Origin: a virus
Virus record (IMG/VR): IMGVR_UViG_3300009370_000014
Coordinates: 1 to 64,000 of that record
Reading direction: 5' to 3' (one strand)
Length of the DNA: 64,000 bases
Below are positions 19,323 to 28,481 of the stretch, in pieces. Made by a program: the position numbers and the translations under genes. The notes under the pieces are model-generated. The model was not told where the DNA came from and did no database searches. It saw only the letters and a program-made list of their open reading frames with translations. How positions within the stretch are numbered: the first letter of the stretch is position 1; every line of letters begins with the position of its first letter.

Positions 19323-20258
19323 TTAAACTAATGACCATTTTCTCTCAATTAATTTTATACAAAGCTTTTCTATTTTTTCATAATTTGGCTCTTGAGGCAG
19401 TATTTTGGGATCCGAGCCAGAGAGCGTATCCATACGTGTAAGGAGATTCTCCGATTCTTCAATGATATGACTATAATTCCATTCCCCATTTCTTATTGAT
19501 GACAGCTCTTTCCAGTCTGGTCGAAGTACCAGTACTTTTCCCGTTTCCAAGATTTCCACTCCCATGCGGAGTAACCGTATGCAATCAAACGCATGCTCAG
19601 TATCATACTTTACTTCCCCGATTAGATTAACTTTCTTTTCATCTTTCCATGATTTATATTTTTTATAGTAAGCCATTTTAAGTTTATACGTTTTACCGTG
19701 AAACCATGAAAACGACTTAGCATCTCCAAAATAAGCTTTAACGCGTTCTTTATCTACATGTTGGGGGAACTCATCATGGGGAATATTGAAAAAGTTATCT
19801 ATTTCTTTTATTTGTTGTTGGCTAATAGGAAGCTTAAAAGCACCTGGATGCTCAGGAGGATTGTCCCATCGTTTATATTCTTGCAATTTTTTGAGCTTAA
19901 ACTTGGCATACGCTTTAAACGTATTTTCAGCTTTCTGTGATAGAAATATATCTCGATGTTCTAAAAGCTCTTCTCCTACACTGTCTATATGAAGTATATT
20001 TTTCTTATCTGTAAATAAGACTTCCAGTATATTGGGATTACATTCACTAGCTCGCTTACAAAAAGTTCTGATTTCATACATAACTGCATTTGAATCTTTA
20101 GACTCAAGTGGGTTAAGTTTAGTAAAAGGAGAGGTATAGTATCTACGTTCTGGGATATAAACACCTTTCTCCTGTCTAGAACTATCTTTTCTCTCAACTC
20201 CATAAGCATGTGATCCACATAATACTTTTAATACATCCCAATTTTGGCTACACGTCAT
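19323..20258 (-). CDS. Pol-beta-family nucleotidyltransferase (YcgL/RlaP-like), catalytic DxD apparently lost
   Basis: GSHAYG, YEIRTFCK...CNPNILEVLF, YDTEHAFDCIRLLRMGVEILETGKV, IRNGEW. Confidence 0.8.
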   Translation of the reverse strand: MTCSQNWDVLKVLCGSHAYGVERKDSSRQEKGVYIPERRYYTSPFTKLNPLESKDSNAVMYEIRTFCKRASECNPNILEVLFTDKKNILHIDSVGEELLEHRDIFLSQKAENTFKAYAKFKLKKLQEYKRWDNPPEHPGAFKLPISQQQIKEIDNFFNIPHDEFPQHVDKERVKAYFGDAKSFSWFHGKTYKLKMAYYKKYKSWKDEKKVNLIGEVKYDTEHAFDCIRLLRMGVEILETGKVLVLRPDWKELSSIRNGEWNYSHIIEESENLLTRMDTLSGSDPKILPQEPNYEKIEKLCIKLIERKWSLV

Positions 20259-20464
20259 CTCATCTCCTTGTAACTACTTACTATAAATAAATTCTGTTTA
20301 CCAGTAATCTTAGTGAGGGTTTAACTCTTTGTAAATCTTCAACTTCATATAGTTTTCCAAATTTTCTCCAGATAGGACTACAACTCCAGAAACTTATTAT
20401 AGATCTTTTTATAGGTTTAGGTTTAGCTAAGCAAGCTTCTATAAAACTCTGTGACTTCACTACC

Positions 20465-20725
20465 TTACATTCTCCTAACTAGATTTTTTGGAGAGGGAAA
20501 CTTATTTTTAGCCAGTTCCCTAACATTGGAAGGTAAATTTTCTACCGTATTATTCTCACGGCATTTATCTATTGGACATACTGTATAATAATAAATAGAT
20601 ATCTGTCTACCATCCACCCTATCTTCATATATGAACTTACTAACATCTTTATTTTTTATCTCTATTGTAGAGCCACACTTGCAGCAGATAATGTTCCTCT
20701 TCCAAGTATGGTTAACTATTCTCAT
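20465..20725 (-). CDS. small Zn-ribbon protein
   Basis: CCKCG...CPIDKC; GGAGG RBS. Confidence 0.6.
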   Translation of the reverse strand: MRIVNHTWKRNIICCKCGSTIEIKNKDVSKFIYEDRVDGRQISIYYYTVCPIDKCRENNTVENLPSNVRELAKNKFPSPKNLVRRM

Positions 20726-20888
20726 CTTCTACCTCCTAGAAAACTTTTTTACATAGTAATCTTTATTTAAAAAAAATAGTTCCCACACTTAGGGCATTTT
20801 CCATACTTTTCTCTACATGCAGGGCAATCACATGCTTGAAGTAAGAAGTCCATATCCCAGACTACGAAGCATTCAAAGCATTCTACTC

Positions 20889-21176
20889 TCATAAAGAAAG
20901 ATCTTCTTTTTCTTTTTTAACTACTTCTATTACTTGATTAAAGTTAAGTGACCATAATTTATCTATATTGTTAAACGGGAGACATATTTTAGTTTTATCT
21001 TTAAATTCTAATATTATATTATGGCTGTCAAACCAAACTAAGTAGCCCTTGTACTCTTCACCTTTTACTTCAGCAATTAATAACTCTGTCTTATAGTGCT
21101 CTAAGAATAATAGGGCTACCTGGACTCTTCGAGGATCTTTACTATTCTTGGACCAAATAACTCTTTCTTTTTCCAT
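20889..21176 (-). CDS. Sm/LSm/Hfq-like fold protein (putative)
   Basis: N-terminal helix then KGEEYKGYLVWFDSHNIIL...ICLPFNNIDKL, resembling the Sm1 and Sm2 motifs. Confidence 0.5.
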   Translation of the reverse strand: MEKERVIWSKNSKDPRRVQVALLFLEHYKTELLIAEVKGEEYKGYLVWFDSHNIILEFKDKTKICLPFNNIDKLWSLNFNQVIEVVKKEKEDLSL

Positions 21177-21519
21177 TACAAACCCCAGCTTCCTTACTGT
21201 ATTTTTTTACTTAATATTACTTAGAACGCCACCATAAACATGGGTATCTACATCTAAAACATTTAATAGGGGTATCGTAAGCGATTCTACTCATAATTTC
21301 AGGTGTCTGCCTTAGCCATTGAATATAACAGTTAAGGCAATTAGCTTTATATAAAAAAATAAGATACCTCCTTCTTATATTTTTAATTAAAGACTACTGC
21401 TAAATAATATGGAATTTATTCTTTAAATCCCCAAGTTTACAAGTCTACTCTCTCTCATCTAAGCAATTCTAAGTCTTTCAGAGTACACTTATAACCATCC
21501 TCCTAGAGGAGCATACAAC

Positions 21520-21771
21520 TTAAAGTTTAATATACATAGAAGAGGTTTCTTTTGCAGCTCGTTGTATACCTATTAAGTATAATTTATGGGTAATACTTAA
21601 TTCAGGTTGAATAATAATCTTATGTTCTAGCTCTAATTGTCCTTCTTCTGAAAAATAGAAAGAAGGAGAGCCGCATCTAGAGCACTCTCCTTTTTTATTT
21701 CCAGGAAGATAATTAATATTAGATCTACAGCACTGACTTTTGGCTCTCTTCATCTTGTTGTTTGACATCAC
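21520..21771 (-). CDS. small Zn-binding protein
   Basis: SQCC...CSRCG. Confidence 0.5.
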   Translation of the reverse strand: MMSNNKMKRAKSQCCRSNINYLPGNKKGECSRCGSPSFYFSEEGQLELEHKIIIQPELSITHKLYLIGIQRAAKETSSMYIKL

Positions 21772-22927
21772 TAATTTTTTCTTTCAGGAGATCCTGAATG
21801 TAGTAAAGATCAACAAGCTCATATCTTTCTTCCTTATTTTTTAGAGTAGGAAGTAACTTTCTAAAATGAGCTCGTTGAGCTTCTGGAGCCCAAGAAATAG
21901 CTTCAGATAAAGTGAATCCTTTGAACTCTGTTACTCCGATACATCTGCGTGGTCGCTTGATGGCCGGATCGATTTCTTTAATATCCTCATTAGCAGTAAG
22001 TAGGAAAATAAGTCTAAGTCCTTGACCTAAGATTCCATCTGTAAGATTAAGTATAGTACTAAGACCTTTACTTTCCCGACATTTAGCTGTGAATAATTCT
22101 GCATGATCTTCTAAAATTATTAGTCTAATAGGATTATCCTGATATCTGGAGTAGGACTTACTAAGAGCTACTTGTCTCATGTAGGCTGATTGATTTAGGA
22201 ATTCGTGAGGATCAAGAATAATCTCAATAGAAGCTCCTTTACGAAAGGCCCAATCTCTCGCAAGAGCTCGAGCAGCATAAGTCTTCCCTCCCCCAGGTTT
22301 ACCATGCCAGATGATAACTTTACCTTTTTTCTCAGGATTATCTAGATTCTGTATATGTTTTAATTGCTTGAATACTGAGGGGGTATAATTCTTTTCAATA
22401 TCTTCTAATCCAAGGCATTCCTGTACTCTGTCATAACTAATAGCTCTTCCTTGAAAATAATGCCAGAATTTAAATTTAACTAATTCTTTAGAACACTTAG
22501 GTTTAGATTCTTCTGTAAACTTAGATATGAAGTCTTCACAGCTAGCTCTTAGACTAGATATATTTCCTCCAAAAATTTCAGTACTAACTTTATTCTCATT
22601 TTCAAAAGTCACAGTAAGGACTTCTAGTTTAATTGGATGGAGAAATATAAAATCTGCATAAAGATTTTTCTTAAAACAATCAGTAAGGTGTTTAAGTTTA
22701 AATCCCAATCCCTCAGCAATCTTTATAATTTTCTCAGGAATATTACCTGTTTTTTTCAGGTCAATATTTCTCACAGGACCCTTTAAATTCACATTAAGCT
22801 TATATTTCTCTAAAAGTTTTATAATATGATGCTGCCTCCACAGTCGACTGTAATAGTCACTGCCATCGTGGATTACTTGCAAGGATCTCTCCTGTATGTA
22901 AGGGAAAAAAGATGTCCCGCCCTGCAT
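21725..22927 (-). CDS. AAA+ ATPase
   Basis: Walker A GKPGGGKT, Walker B LIILED, LNLTDGILG, TAN...IDPAIKRPRR. Confidence 0.9.
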   Translation of the reverse strand: MQGGTSFFPYIQERSLQVIHDGSDYYSRLWRQHHIIKLLEKYKLNVNLKGPVRNIDLKKTGNIPEKIIKIAEGLGFKLKHLTDCFKKNLYADFIFLHPIKLEVLTVTFENENKVSTEIFGGNISSLRASCEDFISKFTEESKPKCSKELVKFKFWHYFQGRAISYDRVQECLGLEDIEKNYTPSVFKQLKHIQNLDNPEKKGKVIIWHGKPGGGKTYAARALARDWAFRKGASIEIILDPHEFLNQSAYMRQVALSKSYSRYQDNPIRLIILEDHAELFTAKCRESKGLSTILNLTDGILGQGLRLIFLLTANEDIKEIDPAIKRPRRCIGVTEFKGFTLSEAISWAPEAQRAHFRKLLPTLKNKEERYELVDLYYIQDLLKEKISDVKQQDEESQKSVL

Positions 22928-22983
22928 CTCCTGAGGTTATAACCCCCCAGGAGAATACAAAGCTTGAGTTGCGACCTCAGGGA

Positions 22984-23057
22984 TAACGCGAGTAGGATTC
23001 GCACCTACGACCTTGGGGTTATGAGCCCCACGAGCTGCTAGACTGCTCCACCGCGCT
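22984..23057 (-). tRNA. tRNA-Met(CAT), initiator-like
   Basis: AGCGCGG TG GAGC...GCTC G TGGGG CTCATAA CCCCA AGGTC GTAGG TGCGAAT CCTAC TCGCGTT A; consecutive G:C pairs in the anticodon stem. Confidence 0.85.
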
Positions 23058-23061
23058 ATGA

Positions 23062-23153
23062 ACTAGGAATCAGGAGGTACTGCCGTTGATAAATCCGAAG
23101 GACCTGAGTCCACTAAGCCTCACCCGAAATAGAGGTCTGATTTATTCCCTAGT
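23062..23153 (-). ncRNA. unidentified multi-stem small RNA candidate
   Basis: Closing stem ACTAGG..AATCAG / CTGATTCCTAGT; internal hairpins CCTC/GAGG and GGAC-TCAG-GTCC. Confidence 0.4.
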
Positions 23154-23160
23154 AATAAGA

Positions 23161-23230
23161 TAGACACAGATAATGTAGAAGAGGGATATGAAGAAGTAAA
23201 TGAAGTAACTCTCCTGTTTTAAAGTGTCTA
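23161..23230 (-). ncRNA. Y-RNA-like hairpin, copy 1
   Basis: Outer stem TAGACAC/GTGTCTA; inner GGAGAG-TTACTTC...CTCTTC; TATCT before the 3' stem. Confidence 0.65.
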
Positions 23231-23231
23231 A

Positions 23232-23311
23232 CCACTGGAGTAGGATTCGAACCTACGTCTTCAAGGGCATTACCTTGCTGCTAAAGCCTTGCACTACTCA
23301 GCTATCCAGTG
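23232..23311 (-). ncRNA. tRNA-like element with an aberrant D-arm and a 6-nt 'anticodon' loop
   Basis: Acceptor CACTGGA/TCCAGTG; T-arm GTAGG TTCGAAT CCTAC; stem CAAGG-TAATGC-CCTTG. Confidence 0.65.
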
Positions 23312-23322
23312 ATAAAACATTG

Positions 23323-23589
23323 TTATTTGATTATACCTAATTCATATGCCCTCTTACCGATTTCGGAATAGAGAGCGGCATTAGGAGATGATCTATTAAA
23401 TTGAGGCAACATACTTGCTAGCATGGAGCCGTAATCCGGGCCTTCAGATGAGAACCGAGCAATAAGTGATGGTCCGCCTATCTCAGAAGGACAAACCCAC
23501 AAGTCATACTTGCGATCTTGAGCCCTATAAGGGCCAAGAAATACACAAGCATCACAATCATGTGTATATTGAGGCAAAGACTTACTCAT
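23323..23589 (-). CDS. hypothetical protein embedded in the RNA array
   Basis: AGGAG RBS; HDCDACVFLG, IARFSSEGPDYGS. Confidence 0.7.
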   Translation of the reverse strand: MSKSLPQYTHDCDACVFLGPYRAQDRKYDLWVCPSEIGGPSLIARFSSEGPDYGSMLASMLPQFNRSSPNAALYSEIGKRAYELGIIK

Positions 23590-23624
23590 AATTTTAATCT
23601 CCTGTGTGGTGGTAAGAAGTTAAA

Positions 23625-23755
23625 TAACGCGAAGAGGAGTCGAACCTCTACTCTCGAGATAAGAGGACTCTAGCAAGCCATTATCTCAACAGAACACCCT
23701 TTGATGTATTCTTCCTCGTAATGCTAGTTATAAAGAAGCATCAGTGATCCGCGTT
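23625..23755 (-). ncRNA. tRNA-like element with an expanded multibranch interior (~130 nt)
   Basis: Acceptor AACGCGG/TCGCGTT; T-arm AGAGG TTCGACT CCTCT; internal stems ATGCT/AGCAT, AGAATAC/GTGTTCT, GAGATAA/TTATCTC. Confidence 0.6.
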
Positions 23756-23760
23756 ACATA

Positions 23761-23823
23761 CTACTACAGATAGTATTAAAGAGAATTTTAATAAAAGAAG
23801 TAACTCTTTTAGTTAGGTAGTAG
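23761..23823 (-). ncRNA. Y-RNA-like hairpin, copy 2
   Basis: Outer stem CTACTAC/GTAGTAG; AAAGAG-TTACTTC...CTCTTT; TATCT. Confidence 0.65.
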
Positions 23824-23828
23824 ACACT

Positions 23829-23919
23829 TTTTGTCGCAAATAGGTTGAAGAGTTTAAAGTTATAGAAGTAACTCTTCTACATGGACCTTTAACATCCTGC
23901 ATTCTTCAGGGCGACAAAA
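23829..23919 (-). ncRNA. Y-RNA-like hairpin, copy 3
   Basis: Outer stem TTTTGTCGC/GCGACAAAA; GAAGAG-TTACTTC...CTCTTC; TATTT. Confidence 0.65.
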
Positions 23920-23998
23920 TACGGAGATCCGGATTTGAACCGGAAACTCATAGCTTTTTTATAAACCATGTGAAATGCGCTAATTTTTCTATCTCCGT
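23920..23998 (-). ncRNA. tRNA-like element with an oversized 'anticodon' loop
   Basis: Acceptor ACGGAGA/TCTCCGT; T-arm TCCGG TTCAAAT CCGGA; stem CATGG...CTATG with a 12-nt loop. Confidence 0.65.
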
Positions 23999-24002
23999 AA
24001 GT

Positions 24003-24067
24003 GAGCTCAAATAATTAATAAAGGGAATTTCTAGTTTCGATGAAGTAACCTTTATAAGTAGGAGCTC
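24003..24067 (-). ncRNA. Y-RNA-like hairpin, copy 4
   Basis: Outer stem GAGCTC/GAGCTC; ATAAAGG-TTACTTC...CCTTTAT; TATTT. Confidence 0.65.
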
Positions 24068-24102
24068 GTAGAACCAGATTCTAAATTAGAGAACCGAATT
24101 TG

Positions 24103-25866
24103 TCAAATTTGGTTTATCAAGAAAGCATCTACTGCAAGAACTTGATGTTTACTAACTATATCACTAAGAGTATTAATTTGCTTACCTGCTCTAGTCGGTA
24201 TAACTTGAGTACTTTCTGCTTTTAAAATCATAGTAATAATTTTTTCGCTGAAACCCCCTAAGAGGTTTACTCTTGGATGATTAGCTTTCGCCATAGACAC
24301 CTGGGAAGCTGTTAAGTCTACACTATGTAACCATACATCTGGATTAATCTTTTTTCGATAACTTATAAGATTATCTTCAAAAGTCTTGCGACTAAATCTC
24401 TCTCCATAAGTCTGTAAATCTGAAAGTATAATTATTCTGTCTACTTTAATATCGTTCGTAATTAAGTAACTAATGCATGATCCAGCGTCTGTCCCATGTC
24501 CATGGATCCTTTCATGCTTACTTAGCTCTTCGGCATTCTGTATAAGTGATCCACCTCTCACTAAAATTATAGGAGCAACTATACTTCCAAAAGGAAAAGC
24601 AAACGATTCTTTACTTTTAGCATGGAAAATAGCTCCTAGCAGATTACCTATTTCCCCACAGGACATCGTTGACTTTCTTGATACAGGCGCACACATGCTT
24701 CCGCTGTTGTCAATGAATACTGCGGTATTTCCTGGAATATCTGCTAAATTTTGAATACTGATCTTTAAACATTTTTCAATCTTATTTAAAATTTCATCAG
24801 TAGATAATTCAGAGTCTAGATCTCGAATAGCTTTATACGCCGCATAATATCTAAAGGGTAATTGTTTACTATTTAGAACTTTCTTTTCATCGGATATTTT
24901 TGCAATAATAGAATCTAAGCCAGATACTTGGTGTTCTATAGCATTACGTAGATTTCGTAAAGTAGCCATATAAGGCATAAAGTTAAATGCTGCACTCCAA
25001 ACTTGTTGTTTCTCTTTTTCAGCTTCTGGCCGATTTCCCATTGCAGATACAAAATTCTCCCAAGTTAACCCAGCTTCCTTAGCTATAGAGGCTAAATTTT
25101 CAATACTAGCAGTATTCGATATAGAATAAAACTCTTTACGTGCTTGTAAAATCCTAGGAGCCGTATCTACCACTTTATTATTTACAAGAAATTCAAACAT
25201 AGCTTTACTTATAGGGAATCCTTCTTTATGGCGAAATCTTTTAGGGAGTATGCCTCCTCTAATTGAAAGTAGTAAGTCTTTGAAGTTAGGATGTTGAGTT
25301 GGCTTATTGTACTTAATTAGAGAATATGAACTGTATGTCATTAATGCAAAAGCCATACCTTTCTGCAAGCACCCTGGTATATTAGCTCTAGGATATCCCT
25401 CTTCCCATGTACCAAACAAACAGTTGTATATTTCCAATAGTTGCAACAAATCATCAGGTCTACTACATACAGCAGGAACATATCTACTTACAGGGTTCAT
25501 AGTCTTGTCATCTCCTCTAATATATTTACTAGCTACAGCGACTAGTAGTTGAGGAAATAGACGCATATGCATCTCTTGTCTTGCCCATTTAGCGATACAT
25601 AGAAGATTTTCTGGATTATCACCTTTAGCTATCTTAATAGCTGTATTTAAAATATCAGTTCCTCGTTCATCAAGAACCTTATCGTTAAATTCATTATTCG
25701 ACGCAATAGCAGCATCTGGATAGAATCCTGGCTCACCCATGTACGCCACCGAAGCAATTAGCTTCTCGGCTGGATTAGATATCGAGTAGACTATACCACT
25801 CTCCTTATTTAGTACAATACTGGTGTCCATTGTAGCCTTACTTTTATTAAATCCAACTTTTGCCAT
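24103..25866 (-). CDS. Ro60/Rsr TROVE-domain RNA-binding protein with a C-terminal vWA domain
   Basis: WARQEMHMR, RPDDL, GLTWENFVS, MPYMATLRNLRN, SKQLPFRYYAAY, vWA MIDAS FIDNSGSM, GHGTD, RIIILSDLQ. Confidence 0.92.
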   Translation of the reverse strand: MAKVGFNKSKATMDTSIVLNKESGIVYSISNPAEKLIASVAYMGEPGFYPDAAIASNNEFNDKVLDERGTDILNTAIKIAKGDNPENLLCIAKWARQEMHMRLFPQLLVAVASKYIRGDDKTMNPVSRYVPAVCSRPDDLLQLLEIYNCLFGTWEEGYPRANIPGCLQKGMAFALMTYSSYSLIKYNKPTQHPNFKDLLLSIRGGILPKRFRHKEGFPISKAMFEFLVNNKVVDTAPRILQARKEFYSISNTASIENLASIAKEAGLTWENFVSAMGNRPEAEKEKQQVWSAAFNFMPYMATLRNLRNAIEHQVSGLDSIIAKISDEKKVLNSKQLPFRYYAAYKAIRDLDSELSTDEILNKIEKCLKISIQNLADIPGNTAVFIDNSGSMCAPVSRKSTMSCGEIGNLLGAIFHAKSKESFAFPFGSIVAPIILVRGGSLIQNAEELSKHERIHGHGTDAGSCISYLITNDIKVDRIIILSDLQTYGERFSRKTFEDNLISYRKKINPDVWLHSVDLTASQVSMAKANHPRVNLLGGFSEKIITMILKAESTQVIPTRAGKQINTLSDIVSKHQVLAVDAFLINQI

Positions 25867-26020
25867 TTAGTCTGCTTTCTTCTTATTTTTAGAGCGGACA
25901 GCATCTTTATATAAGGTATTGCTAATGAAGCTCCATGTTCCTTTAGCTACTAATACATCTGCTTGAAATCTAGTAACTCTCTTAACTTTTCCGGTACTAT
26001 TATGCTGTATATTTATAGAT

Positions 26021-26260
26021 CTATTTTCGTTTCTCATAATATCCCACTTTTTCTATGTTCCATCCACTCCTACTTGAAGGAGTCAGTTTTAACTTCTTGC
26101 CTGAAATATATTCTTCAGCTAAACGGAATAGCCGGTCTTTAGAAATTTTATGAATTCTAGAAAGATGATTAAGACTCAGTATCTTATACTTACTATCCTC
26201 ATAAATCTTAAACATTTTAAATATTTCTTTTTTTGAAATAGGAGCTTTTTTCATAGCCAT
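26021..26260 (-). CDS. small basic protein, possibly helix-turn-helix
   Basis: SLNHLSRIHKISKDRLFRL. Confidence 0.45.
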   Translation of the reverse strand: MAMKKAPISKKEIFKMFKIYEDSKYKILSLNHLSRIHKISKDRLFRLAEEYISGKKLKLTPSSRSGWNIEKVGYYEKRK

Positions 26261-26732
26261 CCTTATCTACATTTATATTTCGCACCGAGGGTAGTTCCCG
26301 TAGGTCGAGAAATTTGTGTAGACGAATAGTCAAACAAATTCGCAGAACCGTAGGGTGAACGTACCTGGTGAAAGTTCAATAGAACTGTAGAAGTTCCAGG
26401 ATACATAAGGGGAGATCGTCTCTACTCGTCAGAGTAAAGATCTTTGGCTTTCTCTAGAAGTGATGTATGATCTGGATCTTCAGATCTATACACCTAAATA
26501 AACCAATAAAGAACATATTTGGTATGCTCATCTTTAATAATAAAATCCAGCTAGGCATAAATCACATATCCAACTATAAGGATATCCTATTCTTAAATAT
26601 CGACCTGAGTTCCTCCATTTACGATTCTTTTGTTGATTACTGTTACATATAGAACAGTCGGGATACCAAAAGTTTATAATCATAAATAAAATCCAGATTA
26701 AAGAGGTGGAAGCCTAGTACTTATAACATCAT

Positions 26733-26969
26733 CTAAATCGAATTAAACTTTAGGTCTAATTTAACTTGGTCAATTTTGGACGCATCAGCTCCGTTTAACC
26801 ATGTATTTATATGTTTCGATGTAGTTACCGACCAGAATGCATCAGTCTTATAAAAACAAGACTCCTGAGGCGAATACATCGCAACAGGAGTCTCGTAGCT
26901 TACCAATATACTTGTTCCGTCAGATAGATTTATTTCTGTTGACGTATTACTTAGTTTCTTTACTTTCAT
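26733..26969 (-). CDS. phage hypothetical protein
   Basis: LVSYETPVA...WSVTTSKHINTWL resembles a motif recalled from phage small proteins. Confidence 0.65.
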   Translation of the reverse strand: MKVKKLSNTSTEINLSDGTSILVSYETPVAMYSPQESCFYKTDAFWSVTTSKHINTWLNGADASKIDQVKLDLKFNSI

Positions 26970-27192
26970 ATCTTTTTAAAATATTTTCTATTTGCCGAAG
27001 ATTAAGATATCCTTCATCGTCAGATTCATCATCTTCCGAATTTAATTTAAGATTTTCTATCTTATTCTCAGCTTTAATTTCAGCCTCAGATTCTGACTCA
27101 GCTTCTACAGCTATAGTCGCTCTTTGCTCTCTAATATATGTGTATGTATATAGATCCATATTTACCTTTATTGCAAACAATAGTTTTAACAT
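26947..27192 (-). CDS. hypothetical acidic protein
   Basis: VEAESESEAEIKA motif. Confidence 0.5.
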   Translation of the reverse strand: MLKLLFAIKVNMDLYTYTYIREQRATIAVEAESESEAEIKAENKIENLKLNSEDDESDDEGYLNLRQIENILKRYESKETK

Positions 27193-27195
27193 TTA

Positions 27196-28041
27196 TTAAT
27201 AAAAAAGCTTAGCTTTTTTCTTAGATTTTACTTTCGGTAAAAACTTAAAGAACTTATGACTAGAATCACCATGAGGGAAGATATTATAATCATCAAATTC
27301 TGCTTTTTTTTTAGTCTTAACTTCAGGACTAGTAGTTTTAGAATCAAAAAGATAATAAATTTTTTCTTCTTTAGCCCATTTTATAATCTGTCGTATAGGT
27401 ACAAATAAGCCTTGCTTATAAGTTAGTATTACTACAATACCTATGCATTTAAAATCTTTTTTAAAAAAAACACCTCCCCCTGAACACCCAGGAATTACCT
27501 GGATATTAACTTGATCTTTAGGTGTTAAAGCAAAAGGTATTTTTCTATCCAAATAAGAAATAATTCCATCGAACAATGATATAGGTAATCTATCTCCATA
27601 AGGAGAACCTATATGCCAGACTTCAGAGCCTACTTTAGGTATAGCTTTTTCTAAATAAAATTTAGTAGAAGATTTCAAAAAAAGTTTAGGAAGTATATAC
27701 AACACTGCTGCATCAATCTTAGTACTGTATTTAAGTATCTCTGCTTTAATTGTAGTAAGGCCTATTTTAATACCTGAATCATTATAAAGTTCTCTAGTTA
27801 TAGTGATAGAATATTCTTTTTTAAATTTTTTAGCTTTAATGGATGAATTTATTACATGAGCTGCTGTAAGAATATAAGTGGACTTATCTCTATTAAACAG
27901 CACTCCAGTTCCCATTGAAGTACGTCCATTTACTATAGATTTAACTAAAACAGAGTTTTCCCTAATAGAGGTTACTGTAGCGTACGCGGGACTAACAAAA
28001 AAGATACTTAAAAGGAGGACATAAAAGGTATATTTTCTCAT
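27196..28041 (-). CDS. secreted trypsin-like serine protease
   Basis: Signal peptide (...SPAYA); triad motifs ILTAAHV, DAAVL, PGCSGGG. Confidence 0.9.
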   Translation of the reverse strand: MRKYTFYVLLLSIFFVSPAYATVTSIRENSVLVKSIVNGRTSMGTGVLFNRDKSTYILTAAHVINSSIKAKKFKKEYSITITRELYNDSGIKIGLTTIKAEILKYSTKIDAAVLYILPKLFLKSSTKFYLEKAIPKVGSEVWHIGSPYGDRLPISLFDGIISYLDRKIPFALTPKDQVNIQVIPGCSGGGVFFKKDFKCIGIVVILTYKQGLFVPIRQIIKWAKEEKIYYLFDSKTTSPEVKTKKKAEFDDYNIFPHGDSSHKFFKFLPKVKSKKKAKLFY

Positions 28042-28145
28042 GTAAATTTCTCAAACTTTCCTCTACAAGATACTAACTGGAGGTATACTACTATTTTACA
28101 AAGACAGATATACATTCGAAAGTAAAAAGAAGTTCAGATATATCT

Positions 28146-28481
28146 TTAATTAAAAGAGGTATCTTCATCCTCGTCTGAAACCCAAGAACTCACAACTATC
28201 ATTTCATACTCAATAGCTTTTTTAAATTTTTGTAATAAAAAATTTTCAAATATTTCTGCAGTATCACTATCTAGAACAACTCCTAGATCCCATCCAGAAA
28301 GTCCACATCCAGCATAAGATATAACGTACCCTTTATTTAAAATAGCTCTATGGACTGCTTGAGACATCCCTCCTGCTTTATCCATTTTATCTTCGATAAA
28401 GGTATCGTCATTTGCTACTTCAAGATCATCTAAGTCAAAAATAATTTGTTCATTTCCATGAATATTAATAACTACAATCAC
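28146..28481 (-). CDS. hypothetical protein
   Basis: GGAGG RBS, GTG start. Confidence 0.6.
   Translation of the reverse strand: MIVVINIHGNEQIIFDLDDLEVANDDTFIEDKMDKAGGMSQAVHRAILNKGYVISYAGCGLSGWDLGVVLDSDTAEIFENFLLQKFKKAIEYEMIVVSSWVSDEDEDTSFN

Noticed and set aside
24473-25552. Plus-strand ORFs inside the TROVE gene, and similar short antisense ORFs in nrdJ, the RT, polA and the primase
   Set aside because: Antisense shadows of well-supported genes, with no recognisable motifs.
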